This document shows positions 1 to 5,904 of a stretch of DNA of 32,000 nucleotides, piece by piece (the stretch's first letter is position 1; each line of letters opens with the position of its first letter). The stretch spans positions 3,570,001-3,602,000 of the forward strand of contig NC_017080.1 in NCBI RefSeq assembly GCF_000284115.1. Direction: 5' to 3'. A program made the translations under genes and the position numbers. The DNA comes from Phycisphaera mikurensis NBRC 102666. Its GTDB lineage: Bacteria; Planctomycetota; Phycisphaerae; Phycisphaerales; Phycisphaeraceae. The notes under the pieces are model-generated. The model did not search any database and was not told the origin of the DNA. It saw nothing but the letters and a program-made list of their open reading frames with translations.

Positions 1-1260
1 GCAGGCCCGGTACACCTCCGCCGCCGTGGTGTGCAGCGTCTGCCCGAGCAGCAGGCCGGACAGCCGCGGGTCCACGAGCACCGTGCGGTTGCCGTTGTTC
101 CAGTCGAGCGCCACCAGGCCGCTTTGGCCGGGGCTGAGCTTCTCGGCCTCGGCGTTGAGCGCGGCGTGAGCCTCGCCGCCGGTGCCGTAGCGCCCGGGCG
201 TCAGCTGCGCAACGGCCCAGGCGAAGAGGTCGCCCACCGCGGACTGCCCCGCCTCCAGCCCGGCCATGCCGCCGATGACGCTGCCGTGGACCACGCCGCA
301 GAGGCCCTCGATCTCCGGCACCGAGCCATCGGCCGCGAGGTCGCCGACGGTGATGTCGCAGGTGCTCGTGCCCATGATCTTCACCAGCACGCCGGGCTTC
401 ACGCCCGCACCGACCGCCCCCATGTGAGCGTCGAAGGCCCCGATGGCGACGGGGATCCCGCTCGGCAGCCCGCACGCCCGGGCGAGGTCGTCGCGGAGGA
501 TCCCGGCCTTCTCGTTAGGCGGGAAGGCCTCGGCGTAGAGCCGGTCACGCAGCCGAGCCAGCGCCGGGTCCAGCGCCGCGAGGAAGTCTTCGCTGGGCAG
601 CCCGCCCCACCGCTCGCTGAACATCGCCTTGTGCCCGGCGGCGCACACGCTGCGCTTGAGCGTCTCCGGCGTGGTGTCGCCGCAAGCCCAGGCCGTCAGG
701 TAGTCGCAGCACTCCACCCAGCTGTGCGCGGCCTCGAAGACGTCCGGCGCCACCCGCTTGCACCGCAGGATCTTGCTCCAGAACCACTCGCTGGAGTAGG
801 TGCCGCCGCAGGCGGCGAGGTACGGCTCGCCGCGCTCGCGGGCGAGCGTGGTGATCTCCGCCGCCTCGGCGTGGCCGGTGTGGTCCTTCCAGAGCCACGC
901 CTGCGCGGCGAGGTTCTCGCTGAAGCGCTCCTGGTGCGACAGCGGGGCCCCGTTGGCGTCGACCGGCAGCGGCGTCGAGCCGGTGGTGTCGATGCCGACG
1001 GCGACGACGCCGGCGGGATCGTGGCCCGCGGCCTCGAGGTCCTCCAGGGCGCCGCTCACCGCCTCGGCGAAGCCGTCGGTCCAGTCCTGCGGCCGCTGGC
1101 GTGCGAGGTCCGGGTCGGCGGGATCGAGCAGGATCCCGTTCTCGCCGGAGGGGTACGCGAAGACGCGGGAGGCGAGCTCGGCGCCGTCTTCGAGCGAGAC
1201 GACGACTGCGCGGCAGGAGTTGGTTCCGTAGTCGATGCCGAGGGAGAGAGGAGCAGGCAT
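1..1260 (-). CDS. araB: Ribulokinase (FGGY carbohydrate kinase), N-terminal 420 codons; C-terminus runs off the left window edge
   Basis: Absent from the ORF track because it has no in-window stop. The reverse complement from ATG (1260..1258) reads MPAPLSLGIDYGTNSCRAVVVSLEDG...GGTYSSEWFWSKILRC...IMGTSTCDI...GLEAGQSAVGDLFAW...LVALDWNNGNRTVLVD and stays open in frame to position 1 (1260 nt = 420 codons). The GIDYGTxSxR N-terminus, YSSEWFW and DWxNGNR motifs are typical of AraB-type ribulokinases. Confidence 0.8.
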   Translation of the reverse strand, partial: MPAPLSLGIDYGTNSCRAVVVSLEDGAELASRVFAYPSGENGILLDPADPDLARQRPQDWTDGFAEAVSGALEDLEAAGHDPAGVVAVGIDTTGSTPLPVDANGAPLSHQERFSENLAAQAWLWKDHTGHAEAAEITTLARERGEPYLAACGGTYSSEWFWSKILRCKRVAPDVFEAAHSWVECCDYLTAWACGDTTPETLKRSVCAAGHKAMFSERWGGLPSEDFLAALDPALARLRDRLYAEAFPPNEKAGILRDDLARACGLPSGIPVAIGAFDAHMGAVGAGVKPGVLVKIMGTSTCDITVGDLAADGSVPEIEGLCGVVHGSVIGGMAGLEAGQSAVGDLFAWAVAQLTPGRYGTGGEAHAALNAEAEKLSPGQSGLVALDWNNGNRTVLVDPRLSGLLLGQTLHTTAAEVYRAC

Positions 1261-1417
1261 CGGGGAAAGGTACCGGCGGCGGAGCCGCCGGAGCCCGGCT
1301 CGAAGGGACGGAATCAGCAAGGGGTGAGCCGAGCGGAGCAACGCTGCGTTCTGCCTGCCGCCGTCTCTTCGTCCGTTCCAAGCCCACCCGGCCACGCGGC
1401 GGCCGTACCGTCCACCC

Positions 1418-2119
1418 ATGAGCGCAGCGAACGTCCTGGTCATCGGTCCCCACCCCGACGACCAGGAGCTGGGCATGGGTGGCACGATCGCGAAGCTCGC
1501 CCGGTCCGGTCACAAGGTCCACGTCCTCGACATGACCAACGGCGAGCCGACGCCGCTGGGCTCGCCGGAGAAACGCCGGGCCGAGTGGGAGGCCGCGACC
1601 CGGATCCTCGACGGCGGCAGCGGGAACGTGACGCGGGAGAACCTCGACCTGCCCAACCGCAGCGTGACGCACACGCTCGAAGCTCGGCACAAAGTGGCCG
1701 CCGTGATGCGGGTGCAGCAAAGCGAGTTCGTCTTCTGCCCGTACTTCGAAGACGCCCACCCGGACCACGTCGCGACGACGCGGATCGTGGAGGACGCCCG
1801 CTTCGACGCGAAGCTGAGCAACACCGACCTCCCCGGCGAGCCCATCCACCCGCGGCGGCTGATCTACTACTACTGCACGCACCTGAAGATCGTGCCGAAC
1901 CCCACGCTGCTGCTGGACATCTCCGGCTTCGAGGACGCGAAGGAGCAGAGCATCCGGGCGTACCACACGCAGTTCGTGCTGCCCGAGAAGAACGCGAAGG
2001 TGGTGACCTGGGTCCGCCAGCAGAACGCGTTCATGGGCAGCCGGATCGGGGTGGCGTCGGCGGAGCCCTTCTTCCTCAAGGAGGTCGCGGGGCTCCGCAC
2101 GATCGACGGGATCCTCTAG
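1418..2119 (+). CDS. PIG-L/LmbE family N-acetylglucosaminyl deacetylase (BshB1-like)
   Basis: 233-aa ORF with an ATG start. VLVIGPHPDDQELGMGGTIAKL (PIG-L metal-binding PDD motif) plus AHPDH further in; overall layout resembles bacillithiol/mycothiol-type deacetylases. The stop codon TAG (2117..2119) lies inside the terminal CTAG of the adjacent IS. Confidence 0.8.
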   Translation: MSAANVLVIGPHPDDQELGMGGTIAKLARSGHKVHVLDMTNGEPTPLGSPEKRRAEWEAATRILDGGSGNVTRENLDLPNRSVTHTLEARHKVAAVMRVQQSEFVFCPYFEDAHPDHVATTRIVEDARFDAKLSNTDLPGEPIHPRRLIYYYCTHLKIVPNPTLLLDISGFEDAKEQSIRAYHTQFVLPEKNAKVVTWVRQQNAFMGSRIGVASAEPFFLKEVAGLRTIDGIL

Positions 2120-2138
2120 CAGGCCGCTGCAGAAACCC
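2116..2138. repeat. Left terminal inverted repeat of the IS5/IS1182-like element
   Basis: See the mobile_element entry; 21/23 match to 3532..3554 in inverted orientation. Confidence 0.8.
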
Positions 2139-2283
2139 ACTGCCGGATCGTTGGCTTGAGGCACGGGGGTTGTCTGCGAATTCGTCGGCCAGCGGCGGGT
2201 GATCCGCCGCATCGTCGGGGGATTTTCAGCCGCTCGAACGGCGGCAGCACGGTGGGATCACCCACCGATCCAGCCATCGGCCT

Positions 2284-3486
2284 CTACGCCGCCATCAGGT
2301 TCCTCAGCCTCACCAGCGTCAGCCCCGCCGCGGCGATGTGCCACTGCTGTTGGATCCGCTCTCGACCCACCAGACGCGCCTTGCTCAAGAGTGCGTGGCT
2401 CTTCAACCAGCCAAACGGCTCCTCCACTTTCTTGCGTTTCCGCTGGCTGATCGCGTAGCCGCGGTCCCGCAGCTTCCGCCGGAAGTTGCGGAGCCTGGCC
2501 GCCAGTTTCGGCCGGTCCGCCTTCTTCGGCCCCCTCCGCCCGCCGGGCCGACGCTCGCGGCTGGGGGCAACGTGCGGGGTCGCCCCCCGGTCTTCGAGCT
2601 CGCGAAGAAACGCGCCGGCGTCGTAGCCGGCGTCGGCTCCGACCGTGCGGGCGCTGATCCCGTGGGTCGTCTTGAGCGTGTCGACCAGTTCCAGGGCCGT
2701 CTCCCGCTCGGCGAAGCCGTTGGCCTCGGAGAGCTTCATCCCCACGATGATGCCGCTGCGGTTGTCCACCAGCAGGTGGCCCATGTGCGAGAGCTTGGCG
2801 GGCTGGCCGTCGCCCTTGCGGTAGAGCTTGGCCTCCGGATCGGTCACGCTGCGGTGCGTGGCGTTGCTGCGCTTCTGGCCGTGGAAGTCTTGCTCGGGGT
2901 TGCGGCTCTTGAAGCCACCGGTGCCGCCGGGACCCTTGTCGTGGTCCTGATCGTCGCCGCCGCAGTGCTGCTTGCGGGCTTGAGCGGCATCGGCGGTGGC
3001 GTTGGGCACGAAGCTCTTGATGGAGCCGTGGCTCTCGATGAGCGTGCCGTCGACGCTGAAGTGCTCGGTGGAGACCTTGCCCGTGTCGATGGCCAGCTTG
3101 GTGACGGCGGTGAAGAACTTCTCGGCGAGCTTGTGCTTGATCAGCCGGTCGCGGTTGTGGGTGAAGGCGGTGGCGGCGGGGACCGGCTCGGCGGGGTCCA
3201 TGCCGCAGAACCACCGGAACACCAGGTCGGTGTCGAGGCGGTCGAAGAGCTTGGCTTCGCTGGAGACGCCGTAGAGCGCCTGCAAGAGCATGAGCTTGAG
3301 CAGCCGCTCAGGCGGGACACCTGGGCGGCCCACGTCGGCGTAGGCCGCGTCGAAGTCGGCGGTCATGTCGCCGAGGATGCGGTCGACGATCCGGCGAATC
3401 GGCCGCAGCGGGTGGTCGGGGCGGATGCGTTCTTCGAGGTCGATCGCGAAGAACATCGGGGACGAAGAGGCAACGCGGCCACGCAT
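2284..3486 (-). CDS. IS5/IS1182-family DDE transposase
   Basis: 400-aa ORF. The N-terminal LLKLMLLQALYGVSSEAKLFDRLDTDLVFRWFCG matches the DUF772-type transposase N-domain, and the C-terminal EEPFGWLKSHALLSKARLVGRERIQQQWHIAAAGLTLVRL is a typical IS5/IS1182 tail. AGGAG lies 7 nt upstream of the ATG. Confidence 0.9.
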   Translation of the reverse strand: MRGRVASSSPMFFAIDLEERIRPDHPLRPIRRIVDRILGDMTADFDAAYADVGRPGVPPERLLKLMLLQALYGVSSEAKLFDRLDTDLVFRWFCGMDPAEPVPAATAFTHNRDRLIKHKLAEKFFTAVTKLAIDTGKVSTEHFSVDGTLIESHGSIKSFVPNATADAAQARKQHCGGDDQDHDKGPGGTGGFKSRNPEQDFHGQKRSNATHRSVTDPEAKLYRKGDGQPAKLSHMGHLLVDNRSGIIVGMKLSEANGFAERETALELVDTLKTTHGISARTVGADAGYDAGAFLRELEDRGATPHVAPSRERRPGGRRGPKKADRPKLAARLRNFRRKLRDRGYAISQRKRKKVEEPFGWLKSHALLSKARLVGRERIQQQWHIAAAGLTLVRLRNLMAA

Positions 3487-3531
3487 GAGAAGGCTCCTGA
3501 GGAAGAAGCCTCAGAAGTTAGCGCCATGGAC

Positions 3532-3554
3532 GGGGTTTTGCAGCGGCCTGCTAG
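3532..3554. repeat. Right terminal inverted repeat of the IS5/IS1182-like element
   Basis: GGGGTTTTGCAGCGGCCTGCTAG, inverted match to 2116..2138. Confidence 0.8.
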
Positions 3555-3577
3555 CGCGAAGGTGTCAGGTACATTCA
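3555..3577. repeat. REP-like 23-bp inverted repeat, left copy, flanking the Y1 transposase gene
   Basis: CGCGAAGGTGTCAGGTACATTCA is the perfect reverse complement of 4280..4302. It contains the stop codon (TGA on the minus strand, 3575..3577) of the Y1 transposase ORF and starts 1 nt after the IS right end. Confidence 0.85.
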
Positions 3578-4336
3578 GCCAACCTTGCGCTGGCCGCCGC
3601 GGCTCCGCATGGTGGACTCGAGCCCGTACTGCTTGATCGTGACGTCCCGCCAGGCGGGGTCGCCCAGCGGACGACCCCGGGCGATGCTCAGGCGGATGAC
3701 CTCCAGCTCCTTGGGCGACTGCGGACGGTTCACCCGCTCCACCCAGCCCGGCGGCCGCCGGCCCGGGGGCTCGGGCCACCCCGACAGCAAGCGGGTCTGA
3801 TCGAGCGTCCCGCCGTGCCACCGCCAGAGGCTGCCCCACCGCCAGTGCTCGGCCTTGGCCACCAGCCCCGCACGCAACGCGTTCCGCTCGACGTAGCGGC
3901 AGACCTTCACGAAGTGCTCGCCCGGCTGGACGATGAACGATCGGAACCTGCCCTGGTAGAGGTGCCCCTCGCCGGAGGTCTCCTGGTGCATGTGCCAACG
4001 CTTCGTGTGCGTGAGCGTCAACCACGCCATGAAGCGGCTGAGCACGCCGTCCTCCCTCGGGCGCAGCACCAGGTGCCAGTGGTTGGGCATCAGGCAGTAG
4101 GCCAAAATCTCGACCTGGGGGAACCGCGCCGCGGCCCGCTCCAGCACGGCCTCGAAGGCCAGGAAGTCGGCGTCGTCCGCGAAGATCGTCAGGCGGCCGT
4201 TCCCGCGGTTCATCGCGTGGTAGATCTTGTCCTTGGCGTCGATGCGGGGCGGGCGTCCGATGGCCGAGCCTACCAGGATTGAATGTACCTGACACCTTCG
4301 CGGGCGTCGGGCGCTGGAAATGAGCCGGAGATGCAC
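3575..4336 (-). CDS. IS200-like Y1 (HUH) transposase, REP-associated tyrosine transposase (RAYT)-like
   Basis: GRPPRIDAKDKIYHAMNRGNGRLTIF, then YCLMPNHWHLVL (HUH motif), then GHLYQGRFRS (catalytic Tyr region), then ERNALRAGLV..WRWGS: the canonical order of the Y1_Tnp family. The start is uncertain. GTG at 4336 gives a 19-aa extension that reads through the right 23-bp repeat, while homologues as I recall them begin M-G-R-P-P-R-I, which here corresponds to an ATC codon (about 4264..4266). Confidence 0.8.
   Translation of the reverse strand: MHLRLISSARRPRRCQVHSILVGSAIGRPPRIDAKDKIYHAMNRGNGRLTIFADDADFLAFEAVLERAAARFPQVEILAYCLMPNHWHLVLRPREDGVLSRFMAWLTLTHTKRWHMHQETSGEGHLYQGRFRSFIVQPGEHFVKVCRYVERNALRAGLVAKAEHWRWGSLWRWHGGTLDQTRLLSGWPEPPGRRPPGWVERVNRPQSPKELEVIRLSIARGRPLGDPAWRDVTIKQYGLESTMRSRGGQRKVG
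4280..4302. repeat. REP-like 23-bp inverted repeat, right copy
   Basis: TGAATGTACCTGACACCTTCGCG, the perfect reverse complement of 3555..3577. Confidence 0.85.
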
Positions 4337-4360
4337 TAGCGTCCCGCCGTGACCGCCTGC
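4334..4360 (+). repeat. Leader plus first four codons of egtB, similar to the egtD start region
   Basis: CACTAGCGTCCCGCCGTGACCGCCTGC versus 11082..11107 CACTAGCCTCCGGCGTGACCGCCTGC: 24 matches, 2 mismatches and one 1-nt gap, including an identical 12-mer GTGACCGCCTGC (M-T-A-C). Confidence 0.5.
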
Positions 4361-5737
4361 ACCCTCTCCCCTTCAGCGAGCCACGGGCCCCGCGTCGATC
4401 GGGACGGGCTCGCCGCCGCCTTCCGCGCCTGCCGTGTGCAGACGCTCGCGTTGTGCGAGCCGCTCAACGACGAGGACCACGTCGTCCGCTCCTCTCCCGA
4501 TTGCTCGCCCGCGAAGTGGCACCTCGCCCACACCACGTGGTTCTTCGAGCGCTTCCTGCTCGCCGACCGCACGCCCCAGGAGGCGGACCGGCCGCCGTAC
4601 GAGCCCTTCCACCCGCGGTACGAGTTCCTCTTCAACAGCTACTACAACGCCATCGGCCCGAGGCACTGCCGGAGCGAGCGCGGCGTGATCAGCCGCCCGA
4701 CCGTTGCCGAGGTCCTCCGCTTCCGCCACGCGATCGACAGCCGCGTGGAGCGGCTGCTGGAGTCGGTGGACGATGCGGCCCTCGCGGAGCTGGAGCCGAT
4801 CGTCACGCTGGGCATCCACCACGAACAGCAGCACCAGGAGCTGCTGCTCACCGACGTGAAGCACCTGCTGTCGAGCAACCCGCTGCTGCCGGCGTACATC
4901 GGATCCGCGGACGGAGGCGATCGCGCGGCGGAGCCGGCGGCGGTCCGCGGGAGCGCAGCGGCGGTGCTGGCCGGCACGCCCTTCGAGCGCCACGACGGCG
5001 GCGTCGCCCGCATCGGTGCCAAGGACGAAGCCGGCGCCTTCGCCTTCGACAACGAGCGCCCGCGGCACCGCGTCTTCCTCGAGCCCTTCGCGATCGCGGA
5101 ACGGCTGGCGGACTGGAGCGAGTACCTCGCGTTCGTGCGGGACGGCGGCTACGAGCGCCCGGAGCTGTGGCTCGACGCCGGCTGGGCCACGGTGCAGCGG
5201 GAGGGCTGGACCTGCCCGCTCTACGCCTGGGAGGATGAAGCCTCGCCCGCCGGATTCTCCGAGTACACGCTGCACGGCCCGCGGCCGGTCGATCCGGCCT
5301 CGCCCGTCTCGCACCTGTCGTTCTTCGAGGCCGACGCCTTCGCCCGCTGGGCCGGGGGCCGGCTTCCCACCGAGGCGGAGTGGGAGCACGCCTTCGCCGA
5401 CGGCCCCCCGCCGGCGAACGAGGACCCCTTCGCTTTCGTCGAGAGCGGCTCGCTGCACCCGCGTGTTGCCCACGCCGGGGGCACGGCCGCGTACGGACAC
5501 CTCTGGCAGTGGACCGCCTCCGCCTACCGGCCCTACCCCGGCTTCCGCACCGAGCCCGGCGCGATCGGTGAGTACAACGGCAAGTTCATGAGCGGCTGCA
5601 TGGTTCTCCGCGGCGGCTCCCTCGCCACCCCGCGCAGCCACGCCCGCGCGACCTACCGCAACTTCTTCGCCCCCGCGACGCGCTGGCAGTTCAGCGGCGT
5701 GCGGCTGGCGCTGGACGTTCCGGCCTCCGAAGCTTGA
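4349..5737 (+). CDS. egtB: Ergothioneine biosynthesis sulfoxide synthase EgtB (DinB_2 + FGE-sulfatase domains)
   Basis: 462 aa with a GTG start. SPAKWHLAHTTWFFERFLL (DinB_2 His motif), HHEQQHQELLLTD, and the C-terminal GHLWQWTASAYRPYPGF...EYNGKFMSGCMVLRGGSLATP...TYRNFFAPATRWQFSGVRLA are EgtB hallmarks. Confidence 0.85.
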   Translation: MTACTLSPSASHGPRVDRDGLAAAFRACRVQTLALCEPLNDEDHVVRSSPDCSPAKWHLAHTTWFFERFLLADRTPQEADRPPYEPFHPRYEFLFNSYYNAIGPRHCRSERGVISRPTVAEVLRFRHAIDSRVERLLESVDDAALAELEPIVTLGIHHEQQHQELLLTDVKHLLSSNPLLPAYIGSADGGDRAAEPAAVRGSAAAVLAGTPFERHDGGVARIGAKDEAGAFAFDNERPRHRVFLEPFAIAERLADWSEYLAFVRDGGYERPELWLDAGWATVQREGWTCPLYAWEDEASPAGFSEYTLHGPRPVDPASPVSHLSFFEADAFARWAGGRLPTEAEWEHAFADGPPPANEDPFAFVESGSLHPRVAHAGGTAAYGHLWQWTASAYRPYPGFRTEPGAIGEYNGKFMSGCMVLRGGSLATPRSHARATYRNFFAPATRWQFSGVRLALDVPASEA

Positions 5738-5904
5738 AGCGGGGCGAGGTTCAGCCGCCGGGCCGCGGGCGCACGGGGCCGGCGCTGCCGGGCCGCGGGT
5801 GCGTGACGACCAACAGGCGCAGCGTGTGCGGGAGAGGCCGGTGCGGCCCCGGGATTCCCATGTTACGTTTGGGGCGGCTCCGCCTCTCTCTCGTCCGCGT
5901 CAAC

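Larger units (their letters stand above)
2116..3554 (-). mobile_element. IS5/IS1182-superfamily insertion sequence (1439 bp) with 23-bp imperfect terminal inverted repeats
   Basis: 2116..2138 CTAGCAGGCCGCTGCAGAAACCC matches the reverse complement of 3532..3554 (CTAGCAGGCCGCTGCAAAACCCC) at 21/23 positions, with the first 16 perfect. One transposase ORF lies inside. Both ends carry CTAG; because CTAG is palindromic, it could be a 4-bp target duplication or part of the IR. Confidence 0.8.

Noticed and set aside
1101-1421. An Arg-rich 106-aa ORF (MRGPGRRDRAGSRSRRRGTRRRGRR...) that looks protamine- or toxin-like.
   Set aside because: It lies antisense/out of frame to the well-supported araB N-terminus and the araB/PIG-L divergent spacer, and its composition is typical of an off-frame GC artefact.
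5851-5878. An AT-richer patch (GGGATTCCCATGTTACGTTTGGGG) about 30 nt upstream of the Kelch-SSS start, considered as a LacI-family operator for the downstream regulator.
   Set aside because: Checked for dyad symmetry: only the outer CCCA...TGGG arms pair, and the core around the central CG is not palindromic (TTACGTTT). It therefore does not fit the usual TGxAAxCGxTTxCA-type operator. It may simply be promoter -10 sequence.
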